Assembly: GCA_020442915.1 (NCBI GenBank)
Contig: JAGRJD010000022.1
Coordinates: 4,748 to 68,747 of the forward strand
Direction: 5' to 3'
DNA length: 64,000 bases
Origin: Thiothrix sp.
GTDB lineage: Bacteria; Pseudomonadota; Gammaproteobacteria; Thiotrichales; Thiotrichaceae
The notes beneath the pieces are model-generated. The model saw only the letters and a list, made by a program, of their open reading frames with translations, had not been told where the DNA came from and did no database searches. Shown piece by piece: positions 17,402-26,451 of the stretch. How positions within the stretch are numbered: position 1 is the stretch's first letter; every line of letters begins with the position of its first letter. The translations under genes were made by a program, and so were the position numbers.

Positions 17402-18283
17402 ATGAATGCCATAATGTCTGACAACCTGTATGCTGCCGGCCGGAATACCTTTTACAAGGCGCTTGTCGTTGCGGCTGTCGTGCATGCCCTGCTGATTTTC
17501 GGGGTATCATTTGCTCCGGCTGAACGCAGCAGTCCGCCCCGTCCGCCGGTGCTGGACATCACGCTGGTGCAGACCCGCAGTGAGGAGGCCCCGGAGCAGG
17601 TGGAGTTCATTGCCCAGGCCAACCAGCAGGCCAGCGGCAGTTCCGATCAGAAGAACCGGCCCCGCAGCCCGCTGGCATCGCTGCAGCCGGATGTGGCTGA
17701 AGGGGAGGCACCTTTGCAGGTGGAAGCTTCCGCCCCGGATGAAACCCCCAAGCTGCAGCCGGAAATCCTGACCACCAAGGGTGAGACCTTCCGGCGTGTG
17801 GACAAGACACCGGAACAGCCGGAGGAGCAGGAGCTGCCGCTGGCTGAAGCCCTGTCGGACAGTTCACTGGAAATCGCCCGTCTGCTGGCGGAGGTGGATG
17901 AGGCGGAAGCCCGTTATGCCAAGCGCCCCCGCATCCATTTTATTGATGCCGTGAGTGCCAAGAGTGCCGTGGAGGCGGAGTATGTGGATGCCTGGGTCAA
18001 GAAGATCGAGCGGGTCGGGAACCTGAACTTTCCCGCCGAGGCGATCAACAGAAACATCAGTGGGAAATTGATTCTTAATGCGACTCTCGACCATAATGGC
18101 AGGGTACAGGACATCCAGATTGATGTGTCATCCGGGTATAACATCCTTGACAAGGCCGCCATGCGGATCGTGAAGCTGGCCTCCCCCTACCCGCCACTTC
18201 CCAGGGAAGTCCGGGAGAAATGGGACCAGCTCAACATTACCCGGACCTGGATTTTCCACAGTGGGGTTTTGAATACGGAATAA
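17402..18283 (+). CDS. TonB-family energy transducer (start uncertain: 17327, 17402 or 17414)
   Basis: N-terminal TM helix (FYKALVVAAVVHALLIFGVSF), a Pro/Glu-rich spacer, and a C-terminal TonB domain (...NFPAEAINRNISGKLILNATLDHNGRVQDIQIDVSSGYNILDKAAMRIV). Confidence 0.75.
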   Translation: MNAIMSDNLYAAGRNTFYKALVVAAVVHALLIFGVSFAPAERSSPPRPPVLDITLVQTRSEEAPEQVEFIAQANQQASGSSDQKNRPRSPLASLQPDVAEGEAPLQVEASAPDETPKLQPEILTTKGETFRRVDKTPEQPEEQELPLAEALSDSSLEIARLLAEVDEAEARYAKRPRIHFIDAVSAKSAVEAEYVDAWVKKIERVGNLNFPAEAINRNISGKLILNATLDHNGRVQDIQIDVSSGYNILDKAAMRIVKLASPYPPLPREVREKWDQLNITRTWIFHSGVLNTE

Positions 18284-18288
18284 TCACC

Positions 18289-18855
18289 ATGCAAATCATT
18301 TCCAGTCTGCGCAATAGTCTGCTGATTGCCACGCCGGTCATGCATGACGTCCATTTCAACCGTACGGTCACCCTGATCTGTCAGCACGACGAGCACGGTG
18401 CCTTTGGTGTGACTGTCAACCGTCCGCTGGAGGTCACGGTCGGCGAGCTGCTGAAACAGCTCAATATTGAGGTGGAATCCCCGGAAATCGGGAGCCAGTC
18501 CGCTCTGAGTGGCGGACCGGTACAGCCGGAGCAGGGCTTTGTCCTGCACTGCACCGGCGAACAGGAATGGGAAAGCACGCTGCAGGTTGACGAGGGGGTC
18601 GGTATCACCTCCTCACGTGACATTCTGGTGGATATTGCCCGGGGGCGGGGGCCGAAACAGTTCCTGCTGGTACTGGGGTGTGCGGGCTGGGGATCGGGGC
18701 AGCTGGAGGCGGAACTGAAGGAAAATGCCTGGCTGACCTGTCCGTCCGACAGCCGCATCCTGTTTGACATGCCCTATCCGCAGCGCTGGAAAGGCGCAGC
18801 TTCCCTGCTGGGTATCGACATGAGCCTGTTGAGCCCTGCTGCCGGGCATGCCTGA
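18289..18855 (+). CDS. yqgE: YqgE/AlgH family protein
   Basis: Start trimmed to the ATG at 18289. LLIATPVMHDVHFNRTVTLICQHDEHGAFGVTVNRP is the family signature. Confidence 0.9.
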   Translation: MQIISSLRNSLLIATPVMHDVHFNRTVTLICQHDEHGAFGVTVNRPLEVTVGELLKQLNIEVESPEIGSQSALSGGPVQPEQGFVLHCTGEQEWESTLQVDEGVGITSSRDILVDIARGRGPKQFLLVLGCAGWGSGQLEAELKENAWLTCPSDSRILFDMPYPQRWKGAASLLGIDMSLLSPAAGHA

Positions 18856-18888
18856 GGTACCCCTGCGAATGGCTGGAAGCGGGTTTTT

Positions 18889-19326
18889 GTGAGCAGGGTG
18901 CTGGGATTCGATTTCGGGCTGGCGCGTACCGGTGTGGCCGTGGCCAGTCCCTTGGCCGGTGTGGCCAGTGCCCTGACAGTACTGCATGCCCGTCAGGGGG
19001 AGCCGGATTGGGCGGCTATCCTGCAGCTGGTGCGGGAGTGGCGTCCCGTTGTGCTGGTGGTGGGGATGCCACGCAGGCTGGATGGCAGCCCGAGTGCCAT
19101 GCAGGATGCCATTACCGCTTTTGCCCGGCGACTGGGGCAGCAGACAGGATTGCCGGTGGAGCTGGCCAGTGAGCAGTTGTCATCGCGCGAGGCTGAACAG
19201 CGCCTGCGTCTGGCGCGTCAGTCCGGGCGTAAACGCAGGGTCCGCAAGGAGGAAATTGACCAGCTTGCGGCTGTCATCATTCTGGAAAACTGGATGCAGG
19301 AACGTGGACGACATGGCGAACAATAA
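18889..19326 (+). CDS. ruvX: Holliday junction resolvase-like nuclease RuvX (YqgF)
   Basis: GTG start. VLGFDFGLARTGVAVAS is the N-terminal RNase H-fold motif. 145 aa. Confidence 0.9.
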   Translation: MSRVLGFDFGLARTGVAVASPLAGVASALTVLHARQGEPDWAAILQLVREWRPVVLVVGMPRRLDGSPSAMQDAITAFARRLGQQTGLPVELASEQLSSREAEQRLRLARQSGRKRRVRKEEIDQLAAVIILENWMQERGRHGEQ

Positions 19327-19825
19327 TTATAACCTTGAGCAACTGGTGGATCAGCTGGTGGCCCAGCTGCAGGATTATATCCGTGCACATCAGCTCGGGG
19401 ATCCGGTCATGGTCGGCATCCACCGCTCCGGGGTCTGGCTGGCCCAGGTGCTGCATCAGCGTCTGGGCATCCGTGAAGAGCTGGGCGAAATCAATGTCAG
19501 CTTTTACCGTGACGACTTCCGGCGCAGCGGCCTGCCGATACAGACCCAGCCTACACGTCTGCCCCTGAGCCTGGAAGACCGCCATGTTCTGCTGATTGAT
19601 GATGTGATCCATTCCGGGCGTACCGTGCGGGCGGCCCTGAACGAACTGTTTGATTACGGGCGTCCGGCTTCGGTCACGCTGGCGGTACTGGTGGCCCGCC
19701 AGCATCGGGAGCTGCCGATTGAACCGCAGCTCAGTGTGCTGCAGGAAGAACCGGGCAGGGCATTCAACTATCAGATCAGCGGACCCGAGCCGATGACGAT
19801 GACACTGGTGCGTAAAGCCGGTTGA
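19313..19825 (+). CDS. pyrR: bifunctional pyr operon regulator / uracil phosphoribosyltransferase PyrR
   Basis: Start trimmed to the ATG at 19313. It has the PRPP-binding motif VLLIDDVIHSGRT and the INVSFYRDD motif. Confidence 0.9.
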   Translation: MANNNYNLEQLVDQLVAQLQDYIRAHQLGDPVMVGIHRSGVWLAQVLHQRLGIREELGEINVSFYRDDFRRSGLPIQTQPTRLPLSLEDRHVLLIDDVIHSGRTVRAALNELFDYGRPASVTLAVLVARQHRELPIEPQLSVLQEEPGRAFNYQISGPEPMTMTLVRKAG

Positions 19826-19901
19826 AGCGGTCGGTGAGGCTTTACCTTCGGTGCTAAAGTTGTAAAATAGCGTCAATATTCATGAGTCCGCATAACAACT
19901 G

Positions 19902-20897
19902 ATGCATTCCCATTTTCGACCGGGGCCGCTGCCGCTTGCCATGCAGCTTACGCCTGAGGGCAGACTCAAACATCTGCTGACCACCGAAGGACTTCCTGCT
20001 TCCCTGATCCATGAGATCATGGACCGGGCCGAGCAGTTTGTCACCCTGCCGGCCAAGCAGCAGAAAAAGGCCCCCCTGCTGCGCGGCAAGACGGTGATGA
20101 ACCTGTTTTTCGAGAACTCCACCCGTACCCGCGTGACTTTCGAGACCGCTGCCCAGCGCCTCGGGGCCGATGTGGCCAACCTGGATATCCGCACTTCCTC
20201 GGCTTCCAAAGGCGAGTCACTGCTGGATACCGTGCGTAACCTGGAGGCCATGAATGCCGACATTTTTGTGGTGCGCCATGAGCATGCCGGTACCGCACAG
20301 TTCATTGCCCGTTACTCCGCCCCCCATGTCAGTGTCCTGAATGCAGGCGATGGCCGCCATGCCCATCCGACCCAGGCCCTGTTGGACATGTTCACCATCC
20401 GGCAGCGGAAGGGCGAGTTCGCACCGCTGCGGGTGGCCATTGTCGGTGATGTCATGCACTCACGGGTGGCACGTTCCCAGATTCATGCCCTGTCGATACT
20501 GGGCACGGGTGAAATCCGGGTGATTGCCCCCAGAACGCTGGTGCCTACCGGACTGGAGCGTATGGGCGTCAGGGTATTTCATGAACTGGATGCCGGTCTG
20601 AAGGATGTGGATGTGGTGATCATGCTGCGCCTGCAGCGTGAGCGTATGGAAGGCGCCCTGCTGCCGTCGGAAAGTGAGTTTTTCAAGCTCTACGGCCTCA
20701 AGCCGGAGAATCTGGAGCGGACCCGGCCGGATGCCATCGTCATGCACCCCGGCCCTATCAATCGCGGGGTGGAAATCGACACTGAAGTGGCGGATGGCCC
20801 GCGTTCGGTGATCCTGACACAAGTGACCAACGGGATTGCCGTCCGCATGGCGGTAATGGCCATGGTGATGGGCGCCCAGGCCGGAGGTGTTGCATGA
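19902..20897 (+). CDS. pyrB: aspartate carbamoyltransferase catalytic subunit
   Basis: Contains [13 protein letters not shown] and HPGP motifs. 331 aa. Confidence 0.95.
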   Translation: MHSHFRPGPLPLAMQLTPEGRLKHLLTTEGLPASLIHEIMDRAEQFVTLPAKQQKKAPLLRGKTVMNLFFENSTRTRVTFETAAQRLGADVANLDIRTSSASKGESLLDTVRNLEAMNADIFVVRHEHAGTAQFIARYSAPHVSVLNAGDGRHAHPTQALLDMFTIRQRKGEFAPLRVAIVGDVMHSRVARSQIHALSILGTGEIRVIAPRTLVPTGLERMGVRVFHELDAGLKDVDVVIMLRLQRERMEGALLPSESEFFKLYGLKPENLERTRPDAIVMHPGPINRGVEIDTEVADGPRSVILTQVTNGIAVRMAVMAMVMGAQAGGVA

Positions 20898-22186
20898 GTG
20901 TGGTGATCCGTAATGCCCGTGTGTTGGACCCGGCGACCGGGCGGGATGAAGTCACCTCGGTGGTGATCGGGGACGGGCGTATCCGTTCCGTCGGTGCTCC
21001 CGAAGCACCGGCCCCGGATGCCCGCCTCATTGAGGCTGGCGGGCTGTGGCTGTTTCCGGGACTCATTGACCTGGCGACCTGGCTGCGCGAGCCGGGGCTG
21101 GACCATAAGGCCACGCTGGCCACTGAAACCCGGGCCGCAGCAGCCAGCGGCATCACCACCCTGTGCCATCAGCCGGAGCCGGATGTCAGCATCGACAGCT
21201 CGGCCCAGGTCAACCTGATTCATGATATTGCCGACAGTCTGGGCAAAGCCAATGTGCGCGTGGTCGGCAACATGACACGCCGGCTGCGTGGCCAGCAGCT
21301 CACCAATATGGGCAGTCTCCGGCGGGCCGGCTGTGTGGGAGTCACCAATGGCTGGCAGCCGTTTGCCGACCTTTACTACATGCGTCGGGCCATGGAATAT
21401 GCGGCTACCCATGATCTGACCGTGTTTGTCTATCCGCTTGAACATGCGCTGGCAGCGGAAGGCGTTGCCCATGAAGGTGAGGTGGCCAGCCGCCTGGGCC
21501 TGCCTGCGATACCGGCGGTAGCCGAGACGGTAGCCGTGGCCCAGACCCTGGCGCTGCTGGAGCTGACCGGGGCACGGGTGCACTTCTGTCGTCTGTCGGC
21601 GGCGGGCAGTGTGCGCCTGATCCGCCAGGCCCGGCAGGAGGGGTTGCTGGTGACTGCTGATGTGGCGGCGCACCAGTTGTTTCTGACTGAAAAAGACCTG
21701 ATGGATTTCAATTCCTTGTGCCATGTAATGCCACCCCTGCGTTCGGAGGCGGACCGGCAGGCGCTGCTGGAAGGGTTGCAGGATAATACCATTGATGCCA
21801 TCTGCTCGGATCACCAGCCGCATGAGATTGATGCCAAAATGGCACCCTTGCAGCAGACCGCACCGGGTATTTCGGCTCTGGAAACCCTGTTGCCCCTGTC
21901 GATGCGACTGGTGCAGGACGGGGTGCTGGATGAGCTGACCCTGCTGGGCAAGCTGACCTGGCAGCCGGCACACATCATCCGGAGCGAGGCGGGCCGCATT
22001 GCGGTGGAGGCTCCGGCTGATCTGGTGCTGTATGATCCGGAGGTGCTGTGGGAGCTGTCATTCCAGGGCATGCTCAGCAAGGGCAGGAACACGCCGTTTG
22101 CCGGCTGGTCCTTCCACGGGCAGGTCAGGCAGACCTTCCTGTCCGGCCTGTGTGTCCACCCGGATGAACGCCGGGAGCCGGAATGA
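20894..22186 (+). CDS. pyrC': dihydroorotase-like protein, probably the non-catalytic PyrC' type
   Basis: Amidohydrolase fold, overlapping pyrB (ATGA). Where DHOases carry D-x-H-x-H, this protein reads [13 protein letters not shown], so the metal-binding His pair is absent. Confidence 0.75.
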   Translation: MSVVIRNARVLDPATGRDEVTSVVIGDGRIRSVGAPEAPAPDARLIEAGGLWLFPGLIDLATWLREPGLDHKATLATETRAAAASGITTLCHQPEPDVSIDSSAQVNLIHDIADSLGKANVRVVGNMTRRLRGQQLTNMGSLRRAGCVGVTNGWQPFADLYYMRRAMEYAATHDLTVFVYPLEHALAAEGVAHEGEVASRLGLPAIPAVAETVAVAQTLALLELTGARVHFCRLSAAGSVRLIRQARQEGLLVTADVAAHQLFLTEKDLMDFNSLCHVMPPLRSEADRQALLEGLQDNTIDAICSDHQPHEIDAKMAPLQQTAPGISALETLLPLSMRLVQDGVLDELTLLGKLTWQPAHIIRSEAGRIAVEAPADLVLYDPEVLWELSFQGMLSKGRNTPFAGWSFHGQVRQTFLSGLCVHPDERREPE

Positions 22187-22647
22187 TTCACGTCGCCCTG
22201 TATGAGCCCGAGATTCCGCCGAATACCGGTAACATCATGCGTACCTGTGCCAATGCGGGTTGTATGCTGCACCTGATTCACCCGCTCGGGTTTCAGCTGG
22301 ATGAAAAACGTCTGCGCCGTGCCGGGATGGATTATCGTGATCTGGCGGTGGTGCGTGAGCACGCAGGTTTTGCGGCTTTCAGTACTGCCATGGCGGACCG
22401 GCGCGTGTTTGCACTGACGACCCGGGGTGACACCTGTTATGCCGATGCCCGTTTTGAGGCGGAGGATGTCCTGCTGTTTGGCCCCGAGACCCGGGGGCTG
22501 CCGGACAGTCTGCTGGCTGTTCTGCCTCCTGAGGCCCGGCTGCGCATTCCCATGCTGCCTGACAGCCGCAGTCTGAACCTTGCCAATACGGTGGCGGTTG
22601 TGGTGTATGAAGCACTGCGCCAACACCGCTTTGCCGATTTGCGCTAA
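22183..22647 (+). CDS. trmL: tRNA (cytidine/uridine-34 2'-O)-methyltransferase TrmL
   Basis: SPOUT family. YEPEIPPNTGNIMRTCANAG ... SLNLANTVAVVVYEALRQ. 154 aa. Confidence 0.9.
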   Translation: MIHVALYEPEIPPNTGNIMRTCANAGCMLHLIHPLGFQLDEKRLRRAGMDYRDLAVVREHAGFAAFSTAMADRRVFALTTRGDTCYADARFEAEDVLLFGPETRGLPDSLLAVLPPEARLRIPMLPDSRSLNLANTVAVVVYEALRQHRFADLR

Positions 22648-22656
22648 ACTGGCTGC

Positions 22657-23577
22657 ATGAAACTGCTGCGCCATCCGCCTGTATTGCCCCCGGATTTTGC
22701 CGGTTGCGTTGCCACTATCGGTAATTTTGACGGGGTGCATGTCGCACACCAGCAGATCATCACCCGGGTGCGCAGATTGGCCGCCGAGCAGGGACTGGTG
22801 TCGGCGGTCATCAGTTTCGAGCCTTTGCCGGGGGAGTATTTCCAGGTGCCCCTGACCCGGATTCAGCCCCTGCGTGACAAGGTGCAGGCTTTGCAGGGGT
22901 TGGCACCTGACTGGTTTGTCTGCCTGCCGTTCCGGCAGCTGCTGGCGGAGATGGTGGCCGAGGATTTTGTGCACGCCATTCTGTTGCAGGGCCTGCGGGT
23001 GCGTCGGCTGGTGGTGGGGGATGATTTCCGTTTCGGGTGCCGGCGGCGTGGTGATCTGGCGCTGCTGCGGACCATGGGGGCGCAGCATGGCATGCAGGTC
23101 ATGGATACGCCGACCCTGTTGCAGGATCAGGAGCGGATCAGCAGCACCCGGCTGCGGGAGTATCTGGGGGCCGGGCAGTTAGCGGCAGCCCGGGAGCTGC
23201 TCGGGCGCCCCTACCGGTTATGCGGACGGGTCCGGCATGGGGACCGGCGCGGGCGTACCATCGGGTTTCCGACCCTGAATCTGGTCATGCCGGATAATCT
23301 GGCGCTGGCACACGGTGTCTATGTGCTTCAGGTACACGGGCTGGGTGACCGGGTCTATGGCGGGGTGGGTAATCTGGGGCTGCGTCCGACGGTCAACGGG
23401 ATGGGCAACCGCCTCGAAGTCCACGTTTTCGACTTTTCAGCGCAGGTCTATGGCCAGCATGTGAGCATTGAGCCCCTGGCTTTTCTGCGTCCTGAGCACC
23501 GTTTTCCGTCATTTGAGGCCCTGAGGCAGCAGATTGCACAGGATGCCGCACAGGCCAGAAGCCTGCTCGGCATGTAG
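22657..23577 (+). CDS. ribF: bifunctional riboflavin kinase / FMN adenylyltransferase
   Basis: IGNFDGVHVAHQ at the N-terminus and GFPTLNL...LEVHVFDF in the kinase half. 306 aa. Confidence 0.95.
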   Translation: MKLLRHPPVLPPDFAGCVATIGNFDGVHVAHQQIITRVRRLAAEQGLVSAVISFEPLPGEYFQVPLTRIQPLRDKVQALQGLAPDWFVCLPFRQLLAEMVAEDFVHAILLQGLRVRRLVVGDDFRFGCRRRGDLALLRTMGAQHGMQVMDTPTLLQDQERISSTRLREYLGAGQLAAARELLGRPYRLCGRVRHGDRRGRTIGFPTLNLVMPDNLALAHGVYVLQVHGLGDRVYGGVGNLGLRPTVNGMGNRLEVHVFDFSAQVYGQHVSIEPLAFLRPEHRFPSFEALRQQIAQDAAQARSLLGM

Positions 23578-23598
23578 GGGGGGCTGGCCGGGCCTGTG

Positions 23599-24615
23599 TC
23601 AGTCTCCACGATGGTAGCTGTCGACCCTTTCAACCTCGTTGCGTGAACCGAGAATCACCGGTACGCGCTGGTGCAGGTCCTGCGGTTTGATGTCCAGAAT
23701 CCGCTCCCGTCCGGTGGTCGATACGCCACCCGCCTGCTCCACGATCAGGCTCATGGGGTTGGCCTCATACATCAGGCGCAGTTTGCCGGTTTTGCCGGAA
23801 GCACCGGTTTTCGCATCCATCGGATACAGGAAAATGCCACCCCGGGTCAGGATGCGGTGCACTTCGGCTACCATGGAGGCAACCCAGCGCATGTTGAAAT
23901 CTCTGCCACGCGGGCCTTCCCGGCCTTGCAGGCATTCGTCGATATAGCGCCTGACCGGTGCCTCCCAATGACGCTGGTTGGAGGTATTGATGGCGAACTC
24001 ACCGGTATCGGGCGGAATCTGTACATTCTGGCGTGTCAGGATGAATTCGCCGCACTCGCGGTCGAGGGTAAACATGTTGACACCATGGCCGGTAGTCAGC
24101 ACCATGATGGCAGACGGGCCGTACAGGCAGTAACCGGCGGCAATCTGATGGGTTCCTGGCTGCATGAAGTCTGCTGCTGTCGGGTTATTGATACCGGGCG
24201 GAGCTTTCAGGATGGAGAAAATGGTACCAACCGATACATTCACATCCATGTTGGATGAGCCATCCAGCGGGTCAAACGTGACCAGATAGTTGCCACGTGG
24301 AGCACCGGCAGGCAGGTGGTAAACCGTCTCCATTTCTTCGGAAGCCATGGCAGCAACATGGCCATTGTTTTCCAGCGCTTCAATGAAGACATCATTGGAG
24401 ATGATGTCCATTTTTTTCTGTTCTTCGCCCTGAACATTTTCGGAGCCTGCCGCGCCCAATACGTCAACCAGCGCACCTTTGCTGGTCAGTGCGGCAATTT
24501 TTTTGCAGGCGGTCGTGATGTCATTCAGCAGGCCGGTGAAACGGCCGGTTGCCTGGGTGTGCAGACGCTGCTCCTCAATGATGAACTGCGTCAGGGTGGT
24601 GCCGATTTTGTACAT
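23599..24615 (-). CDS. fbp: class 1 fructose-1,6-bisphosphatase
   Basis: [11 protein letters not shown]...DPLDGSSN...[11 protein letters not shown] motifs. 338 aa. Confidence 0.95.
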   Translation of the reverse strand: MYKIGTTLTQFIIEEQRLHTQATGRFTGLLNDITTACKKIAALTSKGALVDVLGAAGSENVQGEEQKKMDIISNDVFIEALENNGHVAAMASEEMETVYHLPAGAPRGNYLVTFDPLDGSSNMDVNVSVGTIFSILKAPPGINNPTAADFMQPGTHQIAAGYCLYGPSAIMVLTTGHGVNMFTLDRECGEFILTRQNVQIPPDTGEFAINTSNQRHWEAPVRRYIDECLQGREGPRGRDFNMRWVASMVAEVHRILTRGGIFLYPMDAKTGASGKTGKLRLMYEANPMSLIVEQAGGVSTTGRERILDIKPQDLHQRVPVILGSRNEVERVDSYHRGD

Positions 24616-24665
24616 TCTGGAGGTCCTGGGTGATCAAAATGCTGTTGATTTACCGCGGCAGGGGG

Positions 24666-24717
24666 CATGGCCTTGCCGGAATGGCCTTGATACCGAATAA
24701 TAGCAGCTATTTATCGG
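24666..24717. promoter_or_regulatory. operator-like elements upstream of fbp: a direct repeat ATGGCCTTG x2 and a 25-bp imperfect palindrome
   Basis: ATGGCCTTG occurs at 24666-24674 and 24681-24689, a 15-bp period. The palindrome CCGAATAATAGC-A-GCTATTTATCGG at 24693-24717 has 20 of 24 symmetric positions matching. Confidence 0.3.
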
Positions 24718-24742
24718 GGGACGGTATAGGCCTTGTGGGGAT

Positions 24743-24768
24743 AAAAAAGGCGGATCCGGAGACCCGCC
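24743..24768 (-). terminator. intrinsic terminator on the minus strand, 128 nt upstream of the fbp start codon
   Basis: The minus-strand RNA reads GGCGGGUC-uccg-GAUCCGCC followed by UUUUUU. The one imperfect stem position is a G.U pair on the minus transcript but an A/C mismatch on the plus transcript. Confidence 0.5.
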
Positions 24769-24784
24769 AGACTTGCGAGGGAGT

Positions 24785-24812
24785 ATTATAATTTTGTGAT
24801 GACTAAGTTCGA
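24785..24812 (-). promoter_or_regulatory. candidate sigma70 promoter on the minus strand (TCGAAC-16 nt-TATAAT)
   Basis: A perfect TATAAT lies at 24790-24785, with a weak -35 TCGAAC at 24812-24807. The hairpin stem of the 24743-24768 terminator begins 17 nt downstream of the -10. Confidence 0.3.
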
Positions 24813-24870
24813 GTGTGTAGTGTCAGTTTTTGGCCGTAGCCGGTTATCGAACTTATCATGTCAAGCTGAG

Positions 24871-24899
24871 GGAACTCAGGCGCTCTTCATGAGCTCGAT
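24871..24899 (+). promoter_or_regulatory. candidate ECF-type promoter (GGAACT-N18-TCGAT)
   Basis: A GGAAC -35-like element at 24871 and TCGAT at 24895 lie about 120 nt upstream of the ECF sigma gene. Many ECF sigmas are autoregulated from GGAAC-type promoters. Confidence 0.25.
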
Positions 24900-24929
24900 G
24901 ACCATAAGTCGCGCCTGTCTGCAAGCTGG

Positions 24930-24959
24930 TTCAAATCAGCATGAAATTTTTCTGATAAT
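24930..24959 (+). promoter_or_regulatory. candidate sigma70 promoter (TTCAAA-17/18 nt-TGATAAT)
   Basis: TTCAAA at 24930-24935 and TGATAAT at 24953-24959, about 60 nt upstream of the ATG at 25022. Confidence 0.3.
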
Positions 24960-25021
24960 TTTTTTGCCGTAAAAAACTGAAAAAATACCTAAACCTTGGA
25001 AGGACTTAGAGCGACGAAGTA

Positions 25022-25633
25022 ATGAGCGGATTAAATCAGCATGGGGGAAAAAACGTACCGGCGTCCAGTGTGGCGCTTGATGATGAAAAGCTGCTGGGGC
25101 GGATAGCAAACGGGGATCGTGAGGCTTTTACCCAGTTGTATCTCAGGTACCAACCCCGGCTGGTCAGCTACTGTGCGCGCATGCTCAGGGATGATCTGGC
25201 GCAGGCAGCGGATATTGTGGACGATGCGCTGTTTGATGTCTGGCGCTCGGCTGACAAGTTTGCCGGCAAATCGAAGCCATCCACCTGGATTTATTCCATT
25301 GCCCGCAACAAGCTGATTTCCTGGCTGCGCAAGACATCAGAAGTCTATCTGGATGACGAGCAGATGATGCTTGCCATGGTGGACCCTTCCAGTACACCCG
25401 AAGAGTCACGCGAGCAGGAAGACATGAAGCAGCAGCTGATCCGTATGATGAATCATCTGACTGATGAACACCGGGATGTGCTGCGACTGACCTATTTTGA
25501 AGACAAATCGGTCAAGGAGGTCGCAGACATGCTGGGAATTTCTGAAAATACCGTTAAAACCCGGATGTTCTATGCCCGCAAACGCTTGGGGCAGATGCTT
25601 GAAAAGGCAGGTATTCTGGGTTTTGATGCATAA
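25022..25633 (+). CDS. ECF-family RNA polymerase sigma factor
   Basis: Region 2 (DIVDDALFDVWRSADKF...STWIYSIARNKLISWLR) and region 4 HTH (LTYFEDKSVKEVADMLGISENTVKTRMFYARKRL). Confidence 0.9.
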   Translation: MSGLNQHGGKNVPASSVALDDEKLLGRIANGDREAFTQLYLRYQPRLVSYCARMLRDDLAQAADIVDDALFDVWRSADKFAGKSKPSTWIYSIARNKLISWLRKTSEVYLDDEQMMLAMVDPSSTPEESREQEDMKQQLIRMMNHLTDEHRDVLRLTYFEDKSVKEVADMLGISENTVKTRMFYARKRLGQMLEKAGILGFDA

Positions 25634-26426
25634 GCTGGTTGCACTACCTATGAGTCATCAAGAAAGCAATAAATTATTGGACGAGGCAAGAATGCTTTTA
25701 CCCTGGTACCTGACCGGCAGGTTGTCTGGTGAGGAAAAAGGGGTTTTTGAGCAGGCGCTGGCAGTTTTTCCGGAGCTGCAGCGGGAGCTGGGGCGTGAAC
25801 AGCAGGTCATGAAGCTGGTACGCGAGAATGCCAGCCTGCTGGAGCTGACTGCGCTGGATACCACCCAGCAGCGGCTGGACAAGGTACTGGGGCGCATTGA
25901 TGCCAGAGAAGGCGTAGCCGTTGTTGCGGGCATGGTTACGCGTGATGTCCCGGTGGCGGCCAGCGGGCCGGTGCGCAGCCGTTTTGCCGACTGGTTTGAC
26001 CGCCTGTTTCGCCAGCCGCTGTTTTTTGAGTGGCTGACGCCTGCGAATGCAGTGTTTGCCTGTCTGCTGGCCGTGCAGCTGGGTTTGCTGGGGATGTACC
26101 TTTACAGCCAGCCTGCGGGTAAAGATTCGGCGCTTTATCAGGCAGCCTCTGCCGCCGGCAGTGGCGGGACGGACAGTTTGCCGGGATCGGGCCACCTGCT
26201 GGTTATCCGGTTTGAAGATGGTATTGCCTATGAGAAGGTTTTTGACTTCCTGAGAAAAACCCGATCCCGTATTGTGGCTGGCCCTGATCAGAGCAATGTC
26301 CTGACCGTGGATATCATGGGGGTCAGCACCCATGATGAGGCGGTATCGCTGGGCCAGCGCCTGATGACGGATTATGCGGGCGTGGTCGTTACTGCAGGAG
26401 CCGGCTTTTCGGATCGCCTGGAGTGA
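25626..26426 (+). CDS. putative single-pass anti-sigma factor (alternative start at 25650)
   Basis: It overlaps the sigma gene by 8 nt. The N-terminus LLDEARMLLPWYLTGRLSGEEKGVFEQAL resembles the anti-sigma LLPWY-type motif. One TM helix (VFACLLAVQLGLLGMYLY) is followed by a periplasmic C-terminal domain of about 100 aa. Confidence 0.65.
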   Translation: MHKLVALPMSHQESNKLLDEARMLLPWYLTGRLSGEEKGVFEQALAVFPELQRELGREQQVMKLVRENASLLELTALDTTQQRLDKVLGRIDAREGVAVVAGMVTRDVPVAASGPVRSRFADWFDRLFRQPLFFEWLTPANAVFACLLAVQLGLLGMYLYSQPAGKDSALYQAASAAGSGGTDSLPGSGHLLVIRFEDGIAYEKVFDFLRKTRSRIVAGPDQSNVLTVDIMGVSTHDEAVSLGQRLMTDYAGVVVTAGAGFSDRLE

Positions 26427-26451
26427 TCCTGCCGGGTAAGGTGAAGATCTT

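Noticed and set aside
24799-24972. A 57-codon ORF (MTKFECVVSVFGRSRLSNLSCQAEG...) spanning the AT-rich spacer upstream of the ECF sigma gene.
   Set aside because: It has no Shine-Dalgarno at a workable distance. Its codon usage is A/T-rich and unlike the neighbouring genes. It contains the candidate ECF promoter. An open frame of this length can arise by chance. Ribo-seq could overturn this.
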